Part shown: one piece after another, positions 48,101 to 63,100 of the stretch | Layout of the letters: each line of letters begins with the position of its first letter | How positions within the stretch are numbered: the stretch's first letter is position 1 | Assembly: GCA_964658305.1 (NCBI GenBank) | Contig: OZ210885.1 | Span: forward strand, 13,144,001-13,208,000 | DNA: 64,000 nt | Reading direction: 5' to 3' | Origin: Leptogorgia sarmentosa | Lineage: Eukaryota | Made by a program: the position numbers and the translations under genes | The notes under the pieces: generated by a model | The model's input: the letters and a program-made list of their open reading frames with translations, nothing else | Told to the model about the DNA's origin: nothing | The model's database searches: none

Positions 48101-51100
48101 ACTTATATATGTGACATGTCACTTTTATCTTTCCAGATGGATGAAGTGGTGAAAAAACTTGACAATTTATCAAGACTGCTTTGCAAAATTGAAGAGGTTG
48201 AAAGATGTGCAGCTGATAACTCAGAAAAACTTCAACATAATTCAAAGGTGCTTAAACGTCAGGCGGAGAAAATTGAACGGAACACGGATGAAATCGAATC
48301 TCTTCATAAAAAGATCAGGACGGAGCATTCAGACTATGCAGAGAAACAAAGTATGGTTTTGATGACTAGAAACTAGTGAAACTGTATTTATGCAAAACAT
48401 GTTATGCAGCAATATTAACTTTCTATGTAACATGATCTGTCAATTCGTTAAAAATTTTGGTTCCAATTCTGGATTCGAACGTCCAGTTTCTCCTTTGTCA
48501 GATATTTAAGTTTCCATTTATGTCAAAATACCGAATTCGTTTATTTTTATTGTCATGTGACTCGATTTCATAGTTCAAATATACAAATTATGAGAACTGA
48601 TGGAACAGAGAGAGCGTAATTGTACTATGCGTTGTGTTCTAGTGTACACTTATGTTTTCCGCAATTTCCATCCATCCAAGCTTCGTAGCACAAGCTTTTT
48701 GTTCTATATTGAATGACTACATTCTGTGGGCAAGAACTGCGGACCGTGCAGTTCATATTTCACGTCCATCTCTGGGATGCTTTGTGACAATAAATGTATT
48801 AAAATTCATAACAACATGTTTCATTTTGTGGCCAGTGTCGGTAGCAGAAAACAACATCAACAAAGAGCAAAAGTTCTGCTCCCCACCCAGTCTTAACAAA
48901 ATCATTTCAAGATTCGAACAGTGGCTTTGGAACCACAAAGGAATATGTAAAATTTCAATACGCCCCGAAAATTAGCAAATCAACATACATTAAGCGAGAA
49001 ATTAACACGCAACGCATTGTTACCATATACAATGCAATGGCATAGGGTAGCGTGACCAAGTCCATAAGTTGTCGGCTAAAATAAGGCTTTCTGTTGGGGC
49101 TTGTTTATATGAAGCGTCAAATGGTCTTGAGGTATTCGAATGAGTCATAAAAAAAACAAAGTTAGGACACTTCTTGTAATAATCACCATGAAAGATATAT
49201 ATTACCAAAATACATGTTAAATACAGGACAACTTTTTGTTTTTGTAGTTCTGGTGTTCGTTTCGTGCATGTGTATATCAAGTCATGTTGAACTGTTTAAA
49301 AACCTGTGAAGAGATATCTCTTGAATTAATGATCTCCATTCATTTATTATAGATTTTTTAGCTTCAGTTGTACTCAACCAGCATAACTCGTTTATTTCCT
49401 ACCTTAGGCTGGTATGGTTTACGCAGTCTACCTCGTGACATGGTGAGAAGACCATCAGAAGTGAACGAGATATTGAAGTTACTTACGGAGGGAAATAGTA
49501 AAGTTGGTGTGGTGGGAAGTCGCAGCGGTGACGTCGTTGGTATTCGTGGTATGGGGGGTCTGGGTAAGACCATCTTAGCTCTGGCTGTCGCATGGGAAGT
49601 TTCAGTTTCACGTCAAGTGATATGGCTTGATGTTGGGGAAACTCCTGACTGTTTAGCACTGATTAACACCTTAATAAAAGTTCTTGGTGGAGCAAAATCT
49701 TTCAGTGTTATCCGTGAAGCACAAGACTGGATAAAAAAGAACACAGTATGTATGCATTCGAATTTTTTGAGTTCGAAATCAATTTCAAACAAGCCTTATT
49801 TTTATTCTTCCCGTACAAGCTCGCATAACGCCCGTTTTCACTCACGTATTTGGCCGCCGCTGGCGAATAATTTTGCCACCGAGAAATCTAATTCCTCGTT
49901 CTTTCGCGCCAACAGTGAACATTTTCAACAACTACAAAAGTGGAACAAATTTCTTCAGTGGCGAATGAATATAAAACATCATATCCTTATCAATTTTGTT
50001 CGCCGGCTGTGGCGAAATAATGGAGCGGAAAACGGGCTTAAGGTTAAATCATTAGCATATTATTTAGATTATTATAAAAGGTACATGCATATAATTATTC
50101 AAATAATATGGTATTACTTTACCTGTTACTTGTCTTGGAGGCCGCTCGGTCATCCATGGGTTTGGTGCACGCTGAGGCGAACGCGCGATGTCCGAAAAGT
50201 GGATTTCCCGCAATTTCTTCCCGCAATTAAGACCTTTGGGAATTAGCTTGCAATTTGCATTGAAGATTAATGAATATCCAATTATGCATTAAGTCAATCG
50301 GTAATCACGCAGGAAGCAGCGCATAATCCAGTTCTCGCAGTGACAACACTGCGGGCACCAAATTCCACAAAACTTTAATAACTTGTACAACATGCTCCAT
50401 ATTTTGAGTCGATTGACTCAAAATTCGTGAAAAGAGCTTAGTTTTTGTACGCAAGTCATTTTTAAAATGCCCTTCAGCAGCACATTTCCTACTCTAAAAA
50501 TGATAGAAAAAAGATTTAATAAACTCAGTGCGAGATGTACATAGGTTAACTCAACGTTTTCACAGATTTCGTTAACGCACGTTAGTTTAGGGAATATTTC
50601 CTACACTAAACTTTTTTTGACACACCCTGTATTCAATCCTTGTTTCGCTTGGCTGTTCGAGGTTGTTGGCTCCGCTGTGTAACCCTTGAATTAAAAGTAC
50701 TATTTAATATATCTTTAATCGGATTTACATAGGAGTTAATAATGTACGTGGCGCGTTCCTTTAAACTCTCTCTAAAATTTTAATAAACTGAAAGGTATAG
50801 TCGCACTGCGGTGAAGTCATTTCCAGGCTGTCTACTAGTGTGAAGACACTCAGCAAAAAGACCATGCAGTATCTTACATGTAATATTTTTCTATCTATTG
50901 CAGAGCGATAAAGAATGTCTTGTAGTTCTTGATGATGTTTGGAATGTTAACGACGTTGCTGTGTTTGATACCTTGTCTGAAAAATGTCAGTTATTGATAA
51001 CTACCAGAGATGTCAATGTTGTCCGAGGTTCAAAAGGTTTTGTCTACGAACTCGATATAATGGAACAGGATAAATCTCGAGAGCTATTTTTTCAAAGTGC

Positions 51101-54100
51101 TGGGATTAAGCAAGATGAACTGCCTAGCTTTAGTCCAAAAATGCAGCAAATTATTGAAGAACTATTGAAACAGTGCAAAGGCCTGCCGCTGGCCCTCTCG
51201 CTTGTTGGCTCAAATTTAAACGGCAATCGGTCGGAACAGGCTTGGCAAGATATTTTAGATGGATTTACTACTGATTTGGAAGAACTTCATTCAGTGGTTG
51301 CCACCGACAATTATCCTTATGATAACATCGTTACAGCCATTAATATTAGCTTTGAACGCTTAGAACAATGGGAACAAGAAAAGTTCCTAGATTTTGGTAT
51401 ATTTCCAGAAGATACAAATATACCTTCAGATGTACTGGAGCTGTTTTGGTCCGCAGAAGGAGCCGGTAGAACATCGTGTGAACCTAGGAAATCAAGACGT
51501 ATACTTGATGCTCTTGAAAGAAAATCCATGATTCAAAAAGGTACACGAGCGATGTTTTAGTAAATCCTCACATTAAAATTACTCTAAACCGCAAGTCGTG
51601 CATTGAATAACTGTCCTTTAAGTCAGAAGTCAAGTTGCAAAACAGTTTTTATGTTTGTATTACTATTAATTAGACAGTTTTAGAAAAACGAAAACCTACT
51701 GTCCGTTGGATATCGCTTGTCAATGCACCAATTTCAGTAACTGATTGATGCTTGACGTCCCAAAAATATTTTTTTCAGGACCTCAACTTCAAAAGAAGAC
51801 AAGCTACCGTGTGCATGATTTACTGCTGGATTTTGCCCGGAGAAAACTTAAAGTCACGAGCTCACTAACTGGTGTTCAGCGTTTGTTTGTGGAGACACTT
51901 CGTGGCCAATGCGTCAACGGTGAATGGAATGAAAATTCAACTACCGCGCAAAAAGACTATTACTTCAAGTTCCTACCCTATCACATCTCCTCCTCTGAAC
52001 AACACGGTGAACTACTTCAACTGTTCTTCGATTTAAACTGGCTTCAACAAAAAGTGAAACACATTGACCTACCCTCCGTAGTATCAGATTTTCGTTTTTT
52101 GGGCGCCTCGTTGTCACAGGAAACCCAACTCCTCAAATCATCGTTAATGTTTTCTTCCCACGTTATCGAGAAGAATGCTGATTCAATCTGTCCACAACTG
52201 CTAGGTAATAAAACAATGAACTTTATTTTATCCAGTTTTCCTATAGTTTAGTTTACTTTTGCATTATCATTACCATTCCATTCTTTCCCCCATGCTACAG
52301 TCGTGGGAAAAAAAATTGTAACAGCCCCAAAATCAAGGTGAGAGATTTCACGTGTCAACTTTGAATTGGGAGGGGGGGGGGGGCGATGGTTTACAACAAC
52401 GTTTGTCCAAGATTCAATCTTGAACAAACGTTGGTTTACAACAACGTTTGTCCAAGATTCAATCTTGAACAAAAGCGTTGTAACTCCACACCCCCCAAAA
52501 TCAATGTTGTTGTACGCCGCTGCTTATTTTCTTTTCGTAAACATTCGAAGAATTTCAGCGAGCTCGAAATTTGCTCAGACGGTTAGGCGCGCGATGTGTC
52601 TGTCGCAATTTTATACAGGGTGTCTCAAAAAAAAGGTAATCGAACTTTTGCTTGCCATTGTGCGTTAATTACTGGGTGTATGAACGTGATTTTTGCATGG
52701 TCATAAATAAAGATCAAGGTCTTAGCAGTTGAATGACATATTTGTTGTACGATATGGAAGAAAATCAGGCAAATGCGAGCGTGTTGAAAAATCTCGGTGA
52801 AAAACGCATTCTTTCACCTCTGAGAATTGCAGCTAAACTTATTCAAAATTAACTCCCTCTGGGACTCGAAGATGACGACCTTCCCTTCAACAATCGACCT
52901 GATTATGCATAATTATTAATAATCCTGATAAAATCTTTGTTACCATGACACATTCGTGATGAATTGCATTTTTCTTTTGTTATGCACTGCTTTAATTAGG
53001 CACAGAGGTGAAAGAATGCGTTTTTCACCGAGATTTTTCAACACGCTCGCATTTGCCTGATTTTCTTCCATATCGTACAAGAAATATGTCATTCAACTGC
53101 TAAGACCTTGATCTTTATGACCATGCAAAACGTTCGTACACTCAGTAATTAACGCACAATGGCATGGCAAAGTTCGATTACCTTTTTTTTGAGACACCCT
53201 GTAGTTCAGTCCCGGTTCAACGCTTATTCGTGCTATAGTGATTTCAAGTTAAAACTTTTTTCCCAATATTTTCCCGACTTTTCTTTTTCGGGTTTTTGGG
53301 ATCTGGGTAGGGATTAAGCGTAGTTTATGTCTTTTTAAATTTGTAATAAACTAGGCAAAAAGCGAGCAAGAAGATTTTTCTGAAGATTTTTGAGTAACAC
53401 TTAATGAGTTTCTTTGGAAAAGACAGTTTTATCGGTCTTTCCGCGGTTTTGAAATCGCAAATCTGCAAGTAATTTTTACAAGTTAAATACTTCATTTTCC
53501 GTTCAGTAAAACTGTTCGATATCAATATCCATATTTAGGTCCAACTTTTCCGTCGTGTGTTTGAATATGTATCAATTGACAGTTTTTTAAGGCAAAAAAA
53601 ATGAAATCTGTTTTCTTCTGTTCAAGTGGTGCAAATTCATCTTATTTCTATTTTTACTTGTTCATTTTAACGTCAGGTTGTTTTCATCCAACTTTTGTGT
53701 TCTAAAATGTGGCATTTGGTAAAAAACGACTAACATTGAACCGATTAACGACGTATACAATTTGGTCATTTTATTATGGCGATTAAAACGTTTGCTAAGA
53801 ATTAACGCAGCTAAAACCCGTTGAGTTATTTAGACGTACGCTTGTCAATCAAAATAAAATTCAGAACTAGCAAGGAAAATATGTTTGAACACAAGCATTC
53901 ATATGTCACGTTCTGGAGAGGAGGGGAAAACAGCCCAGATGCCGTCCTCAACAGAACATGTGCGACGTCCTAGTCTAAACGGGAAGTAAAAAATCTCTCA
54001 TGCCACGCCATTGTCACGTTCCCGCTGACTTCGCGTCGTGTTTGCTAAAGCCCTGCAATGTTTTGTTGCGATTTCACGTGGCAACCTTGAATTCTGGAGG

Positions 54101-57100
54101 AAAGAGTTGGATTTAAAACAACTTTTGTCCAGGATTGTATGCCTCAGCTTGCTATGGAATATTCTTTCTTGGCCTTTCTTGCCCCGTAATTTTCCCTTAC
54201 GTGCACAATTCTTGCGTTGTCTTACCTTCCCTTCCCTTGTCTTGTCTTACATTGCGTCACGCGCAACCAGAACCTGTATTATTTGGTTACAGACTGAAAA
54301 TAAAAAAACAAACCCAGCGTAATCATGGGAATTCCATACTGTACTCATCTTCGGGTAAAGGAAAACATCTGCCCAAGTCTGGCAACGAGTGCACTAATCA
54401 CTTCACCTTAACTTTGCTTTCTACAAGCATAAACTATCAACGAAGCTTGACCGAAGTTTCATGTTGTGCGATAATAGAACAAGTAATGATGTAATTCAGT
54501 TCCGTGAAGCAATCGTGCGGTAGAAATATAATTGAAAGGGTATTATGGATTGCAGAAAAGAGCGACTCGACGGTTTGAGATTCCTCGTTGGCTTATAAGA
54601 TAATAAACGGGCTGACACCATTTATGTATGTCTAACGTACATTAGGAATTTTTCAAATGCCAACTCTGATATTCGCACGAGATCTACTCGATTCTGAATT
54701 TTCCTATGGCCCCATTATGTGAAAATCACTGAATCGCGACGACGTTTACAAATGAAAGGTTTTGAAAATTCATCTACTATTAATGTTCAATTATTGAAGC
54801 AGAGATTTGTGTTACTGCAGACGCAAAGAGCTAATAATTCCGCATGTCCTACGAGAGCCGAATTCAATAATATAATAGACATTTCCCATTATACACGAGA
54901 TTTTAGAAAATAATGTCGTATGTTAGTTATCAATATACGAGAAAATTATGTCCAAATGTCATATACGTTTTTGGCGAACGGATATAACCATTTCATACAC
55001 AGCTCTTAACCAATTAAAACTCTTCAAAGAAATAATATCGTAATTTTATTATATAATGTAAATTAGGAAGGGCGACTAGGTTTTACTTTTTAGTGCAAAG
55101 TTTCAAAGAAACTTTGCAGTATTGTGATGAGTGGCGAAAATTCACATCAGTCATGTAGTCATGTAGTCATTCAGTCATTCATAGTGTAAACTCCGAGGGG
55201 AGCGTCCCAAATTCTCCTGACATGCGCAACTCGGTATTTGACTGATATCTTTGAAATGTTTGAACATAAATGATTCGATTGCAGTTATATATCGTTGCTC
55301 ATCATTATTTGCAGTTGTTCTCATTGATATGAAAGTTTGTTAGAAGTGAAATGTGATCAAAGAAGCGCAGAAATACAGTACACAATGGCGGACGCCCCTC
55401 CGGAATTTCAGTTTTTGCAAAAATTGCAACTCAGCACTTCTGGGGAATGAAATTACACAATATGGCGGACGCTATGAGTGTGGCCGTGAATCAGTAATTC
55501 ACTGACTGTGATGATAATATAATGTGGCCAACATGTCTGAATGCGTTGATAAAGCAGTTAAAATGTTCTTTATATATCAGCAATGAATCTAGAGATTTGA
55601 ATTAGTAGAAAACTTGTATTTGTCATGGACAATTTAGTACTGTTAACAGCCGCCGTGCGTATTTATATTAAAAATTTAGTTGGCCGACATTGCGGGCAAA
55701 CTAAAATGTGTAACACAGTAGAACTCGTCACATATTTTAAATTGGCTGATGATAGGCAACATATTTGCGAGCTTTCGCATTTATAACTTTCGTGTTTGTT
55801 TTCGCTGTCTCCGACTCGACAACACTGGTCGACGGCATCACTAAGCTTGGGCTGTTTGTTTGCCCGAAAATACCGGGGATTTACAGAATTTTCGTTACTA
55901 AATGAACTAAACCACATATAGGCATACAAAAGTAAATTTAACGTTGGCCTGATACTGTGAATAAACCGGATATTTTATTAAGACGCAGAAGTAGCGTGCC
56001 ACATTGTGATTTAACTCTTTTAAGATCATTTGTCCAGTACGATGTGTATATAATTTCAAAAAGGTCAGAGGTCAGAGATTCATCTGATTTGCTTTACACG
56101 CGCGCTGCTGCGATGGCAGTTGCTTCCAGACAATAAAATAGTGATTATTTTCTCGTATCACGTCAACAATGTTTCCTTAGTTTTCTTTTGAAAAATATGA
56201 TTTTAATGTCCTCTAAGGCCTAGGTCAAACGTCGAACTTTTCATGTGCCGAACCTAATGTTAATGAGCCAAGTTCTTTGTTTGAGCTCATTTGCATTAGG
56301 TTCAGCGCATGAAAAGTTCGACGTTCGACCTAGGCTTTAGAAACTTTGCACTATCCTTGGATCCCTAGTTTCTATCAAAAAGTTATCCATGATAAAAATA
56401 AGTTGCAAAGGCAAGAACGATAATATGTAGGCCTAATATTATGATTTTGCGAGGATATATCATAAGACTGTTGTGTATATTTATTTTCCAGGTAGACTGC
56501 AATCGTATCAAGAGTATCCGTGGATACAGAAGATATCAGAGCAACTCCGTGAAACATGCACGAAGACCTGCTATCTTTTACCGGAATCTTCGTGTCTGGA
56601 TCTCGGAGGCTCTGAGATTTCGCGAAAGACGTTTAATATGTCCGTAACCTCATTAGCCACGACCAATGCTGCAGGCTGTACTCTGGCCATTTGTGGTTTA
56701 ATGGATGGTTCAATCAGCGTCTTAGACCAAGAGACAGGTATGCAAGCCTAAATTAAGCATGCGAAAAGCTAATTATTCTAAAAAACGTAAGTTTGTGCGA
56801 CGTTTTCGAGGGTTTAAACTCAACCAGTGTTCTTGAAACTTTCAAAAGCAATACACAACTCGACAAAGTTTCCGTTTTCTCAACTCAAAATGACTTTTAA
56901 GCGTTTAAATTTCGTGCGCAAGACATTTTTTGTTGGAAAAGACACATATCCCTCGATTTTCCAAATTTAAATTTCAACATATTTTTTGGTTATTCTACAT
57001 TATAATATAAGTAGGGTAAAATCTGCAACGTGATTGGCTAATGAGCGTGCATTATAACAGCGTAATGCACGCATCTAGCTATTAAATTTCTCCCGCGACT

Positions 57101-60100
57101 TTTTGGTTTGACAAAAAGACAATAAAAATACATATATACTAAAAATACATCCATAAAAAACGTTTGAGTTTTTTGCTCTCGCTCAGCTAAAGGAATAAAG
57201 CTGTGTTGCTGCTTGGCAACATTTGAGAACACGCTTGATTACATGTAAAGAGAATTGTAATTTTGATCGTCCTAACGAAGTTTTTTGTTGCGCTAATATT
57301 TTCTTATATTATAAAAGAAATAGAAAAACTCGTCGCGTGCCATTATGCTGTTATAATTGCACTCGGGCATGTTGTGAGAATACTCGAGAATCGCGTAAAA
57401 CACGCGGCTACGCCTCGTGTTTTACGCGATTCTCTCGTATTCTCCCAACATTTCCCTCGTGCATTATAACAGCATAATGGCACGCGACTCGTTATCTATT
57501 TCTTAATTATTATAAGTGCCCAAACAATGTATGTTAATCAATAACTTCTCACTCCGAGTCGCTTCGCGAAGTTAAGAGCTTTTTAAAATTTGTTCAGGTT
57601 TTTTATACAGCCTGTGTAGTCACAGAGAAAATTTTGTTAATTTTCTTGACGTTGAGTATGATCACAGTCGGTATAATGATGTTAGTTCTTACATAATGAA
57701 TGAAGTAAGGAAAGGAAGGGACGAAATAGAAAACAATCGTTGTCATAGCACGAGTAGAATTTTGGATGTTCGATCTGTATCTTAATTTTAGGAAGTTTCT
57801 GCAATTGTACCCTGCAACTTTTTCCCCTTTTAGCTATTGCAACTCTTGATGGATTTGAATTGAATTTCTACTGGGCTAATATCGAACTGTCAGTGGAAGT
57901 TAATTGCTACTATCTGGGTTAAACCGAAAATTCGATACGTAATCACACTATTTTGGTTGGTTATTAAAGTGTTACTGCAACGAATTTTCGACCCCTTTTT
58001 ATTGGCATATTTTAAAGTACTTACCCTTCGAATATGTTCACCGCAAACAGAATTACAATTGCTCTTTTCAAACGGATTTTATGGCCTTTCGAAGTTGCGA
58101 TTTTTGGCTACTTCCGTGCGAACTTTTCGACCACCATCTTAATGCCGTGTGACGTCACAAGTGTAACACATTTTCAACATGGCGTATATTTCTAATAGAC
58201 GTAAAGGTACTCGCGGAGGAAAACTCTGCGTTGCTGGCGGTCCTAACTTAGTTAGCTGCGCCAATGATAGCAAAACTGAAGAAATATCTATGTATCTATT
58301 CCCTAATGAAGAAACAGATGCTCAGAGAGGGAATAAGTGCGTGAAATTCGTCTGTAAACATAGACAGGGTTTTCACGCAACGGCGAACTCTTGGTATTTT
58401 TGAGCCCACTTCGAAGATCCGTAGCTATGATATGAATCTAGAATTAGCAAAATCGCTAAATTTCAAAAGGAGATTGAAAGAAGATGCTGTTCCTACGATT
58501 GATGTAGCTGGAATTATACCACCGGCCGAACAGCAAATCACAGAGCGAAAACGATTACAGGTAAATAACACGAGTATTATATCATGCGTGCAAAGGCGCA
58601 TTCTTCGTCCATGCACATGGTAAATTTTATAATATGCGAAGCACTTTATATTTAAATTATTCGTATATTTTTAGGTAATTCGTGGCAGTGAAAGATTGTC
58701 GCCAGTGAAATTGGTGTCTTCTCCAGCAAAAGTTGAAGAGATAGCAATGACAAGTCACGATATTGATGATGATACACCCTTTGACTTGCCCAGTGACGGC
58801 ATGCCCAGTGACAACAACAACTTCTATAACTCGTAGTTCGTGCACGTCCTGCGCTGGTTTGAAAAACAAAATAAAATACCTTCAACGCAACGATTTACAT
58901 GAATGTTTATACCGTATAAGCAAACGTTGATGAAATTTGTTAACTAATATTAAGCATACAGACAAGGTAAATGAACTTGCTATGAATTACGACTATTTTC
59001 TATATCAAATCAATTTATTCTGCCCCAGCTTAAGTATTTACAAATCTAATAATTGAAAATGAGAACGTGGAAACGGTAATGTGGAAACAATAATTATACT
59101 AATATCAATATATTGATATCAAAATTAAGAATATATCATTACAGATGAATATTAAATAAAAGCAATGAAATATAAATTTAAATTTAGCATACGTCGGCTA
59201 TTTTAATTAGGCTTCACAGTCTTGAATCTTCACTTATCACTGTTCCAGAGTTATTCTACCGTCGCTTCTTTGTTCAAGAGTTGCTGGCAACAATCCATCT
59301 GGATCTTCTGGAACACAACTCGTTTCCCCTGGTTCTGCTATATATATATATATTTTATCTTATCTTTTATATATATATATACTGGGTGTCCCAAAAAAAA
59401 GTACCTATTTTTAATTCAACATAACTTATAAACGAACTAAAGAATTACAATCAAATAATCCATATTTAGTTGAGTAATGTCTAACTTAAAGTTTGATATA
59501 TTACATATGAAGTTTGAACGAGTAGTTTCCGAGATATTCGCGTTTAAAGACACGGTAACGTTTTGAAATTTGTCAAAAATCAGCAAAAAATGGCCTGTTA
59601 AATTTGAATCAACAATACCGGTTCGTAACATGATTTCTTGTAACTTATTTTTTAGTTTTTTGAGAAAATGCGTTTTTTACTTGTTCTTATTCATCTGCAA
59701 ATTGATGTCCACCAGCATCAACACACTTTCTTGCCCGTGTCAGCATGCCATTAAAAGACCTTTGAATCATGTGGCCGTCCAAATTGCGACATGACCTAAC
59801 AATCGCCTCGCGAAGTTCTCCCACATGATTCAAAGGTCTTTTAATGGCATGCTGACACGGGCAAGAAAGTGTGTTGATGCTGGTGGACATCAATTTGCAG
59901 ATGAATAAGAACAAGTAAAAAACGCATTTTCTCAAAAAACTAAAAAATAAGTTACAAGAAATCATGTTACGAACCGGTATTGTTGATTCAAATTTAACAG
60001 GCCATTTTTTGCTGATTTTTGACAAATTTCAAAACGTTACCGTGTCTTTAAACGCGAATATCTCGGAAACTACTCGTTCAAACTTCATATGTAATATATC

Positions 60101-63100
60101 AAACTTTAAGTTAGACATTACTCAACTAAATATGGATTATTTGATTGTAATTCTTTAGTTCGTTTATAAGTTATGTTGAATTAAAAATAGGTACTTTTTT
60201 TTGGGACACCCGGTATAAGATAAGATAAAATAAACTTGGTTTACTTCATAAGATTTTATTCACTACAAATTTGTTTCGTATGACAAGCAATGCTTGCCAC
60301 ACTCATCAGGTCATACACCATGTTCTTAAGTATATAGAGTTTTTCCTCTAAACATAGGCGGCATCCTCTTGCGCCAGCTGTATATATATATATGCCCATG
60401 GTCACGTTTTGTTACAAAAGAACTTTTTTCCGGCCAAAAAAGGACGAGAAAAACACAGTATAGCTCTAACGTAACAGAATTTACTAGTAGCTTCGCTAAA
60501 CGTGTTACACTTGTGACGTCACAAGGTGACAAGATGGCGGCTGTTTTGTTCCCATCCGATATCGAAGTTCGGAGGCGAAATTTAGCTACTTCCACTCAAC
60601 GTACAAAAGCAGCCGTTGAACAAAGACCTCAACGGGTAGTACCCAATATTTCTCAATTGAGAACACGGGTAATGCCCACGCTGGACTATCGCCTAAGCTT
60701 GCTGGTCGGCGTTTCAGTATTACTCTTGATATAGTTATATTAGTGTTAGATATAAACCATTTTTCTATATACTAAGAATTTCCTTAATCCCAACCCAAAC
60801 CCTAGAATCCTAACCCTGACCATTGTGGTCAGATAAATATTGAGGAAAAAAAAGTTTTCATCACTAACGCTGAAAAAATGTGTCGAACTGGGGCTTGAAC
60901 TATAGAACTGTAACGCACGCACCGGGCGCCTTACCACTTGAGCTACATCGAGCTCGCTGCTCACCACTCTGGCCTGGCTAAATGCATATGATTATAGACC
61001 CGGGCAATTACTGTTCATAATTTACCAGGCCAGGCTACTTAGACGATGGTCCAGCGTGGGCATTACCCATGTTCTCAATTGAGAAATATCGGGTACTACC
61101 CGTTGAGGTCTTTGTTTAACGGGTGACAAAAGTCATCTATACACCAAATTTCATCTTTCCACCTGAATATTTATTTAGGACAAAAAAATGAGGTCGCAAA
61201 ATTCGTTGCAATAACACATTAATTAACAAAACTTTGCAGTTTCAAATGATTCTTGTAAAAAAACTTTTTACGAGCCTTCAGCTTTAATTCTTGTTTTTAG
61301 CGCTGATAATGAACTAAATAGATAGAAAGGTTTTAATAAAGTACATGTTTGGCTTGGTGCAGTACGTTGCGTCCACACGTATCCGGCGTTTTCGGCAAAC
61401 GAAACCGGAGCTTTTCGAAAACGCTCTCCAGAGTGGACGCTTTCGAAAGCGATGACGTAAAATCAGGCCTGTGATCGCTTAAACATCTCATATTACTGAG
61501 CAATTTGAGCAATGCGCATGCTCTACACCGAGCGCTATCAAATTTCCTCCGTGTAAACGATTCGAATACGCTACGTGTGGACGCGGCGAATTTTTTCATA
61601 AACGGAGGGAAAAGTCTCCGTTCTCAAAAGTATCCGGATACGTGTGGACAGGGCCTCAAGGTCACTGGAACCCAATGGCCTCAGGGCTCGTCCCATTATG
61701 CTTCGCACCACTCTAGGTAATGTGGCTATGCTTTGCTTCAGTTATATATCGGTTGTTCTCAGATTACTTACGTGCTTCTCTTTTCGGAATCGGCAAATAA
61801 TTGATCCGCTCGCCAACGATAACTCGCGGTATTTCGTGGGACGTCGTCCAATAATTGATAGTAGGGACCTTAATATCAACAACGCCACAAACACGAAGAT
61901 GGGGTCTAAATTTTAGCTTGAAAATTAGTGCAGACCTTTTTATGCTTTAAAAAGATGTTGGAATTTTTTCAAAAAACAGCTACACAGGTTCAGCTAGAGC
62001 AATGCGATCGTTGCTGCCGAGTCAACTTGAAGTTACAGCTCTCACGTTGTAATCAGCCTTCACGTTGCTTTGAAGACGTTATAATGCTTGGCTTAACGTT
62101 GCGTTGATGACAACAAAGCCGTTGATACCACAATTTATGCTTGGTTTTTGTTCAGCATAAAAATTTGTTTGTTCGGAAAGCTCGTCGTCGAGTTGATCAC
62201 GTTGTAGATCTTAATGTCCCTAATCCTCTGCTACAAAATTGCTATGACACCATTTTTGAACTTATCCACAATGCAGTTGTCTTTCCATTAGGAATGGCAG
62301 AAAAGTCTTGTGATAGTTACAGTTTCATAAAATTTAAAAAAAACTATATTGGTGCAGTGTAAAATAAACCACTGTATGCACACGTCATATTTCGCGCAAA
62401 TAAGTAAGTATTAATAATATTACGCCATCCGAATCTCATTTCGTTACACGGATAACTATCCAAATTTTTAAGACCTGTAGCCCACTGCCCCGGTTTTTGA
62501 GAAAAGTTTCAGTTTTGGAAGCAGACAAATTGAATTATAGCGTATATATTATGACTATATTTTAAACATCTTCATACATGCCTTTTTAGCTAAACAAAAG
62601 CTTTGATCTTGGTTATTCATTGAAATGAGAATATAGTTAATATGCAGTTGATATGGGTGAGGGAACAAAGCTTTACACTCAAAGTAATTGATAATTCATT
62701 AGAAAATTAGCCAATCATGTACGGTAGTCGTCGTCTTATGATGATATTTGAAATTTGGATTAGATACTTGAAGAGACATGTTCACCCAGATTTACGCTGG
62801 GATAACAATTAATTCGGTCATTTCTTGAACAGGATCAATGTTTACTGGGTAAAAAATAAATAATCTCACAAATGGCTGGAGGGAATGCTTTTGTCTGCAA
62901 CATATTATTAATTATTAAGAAATCGTGTGCATAAATGAAATCTGCCAATTTTAAATTGTGAAAGTTCAGGAATTACAAATACAAGTAGGACAACATTCCT
63001 GTGCAATCATTGGTATTCACTGTATAGAACTTTTCCTGTTTATGGCCTCATTCATGCTTTCCAATAATCTACTTTCTGTTCTACCACCAACATCAGCCAC

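Larger units (their letters stand above)
57968..61218. mobile_element. Kolobok-like DNA transposon remnant with nested insertions
   Basis: TTAA on both flanks, TIR AGTGTTACTGCAACGAATTTT; decayed THAP domain (CVAG..SC..FP..HF..AVPT) at 58179-58560. Confidence 0.8.

Noticed and set aside
49746..50246. C-terminal part of the 292-aa ORF after Walker A
   Set aside because: Intron read-through containing a MITE; a donor at 49745/49746 joins in phase to the Walker B exon
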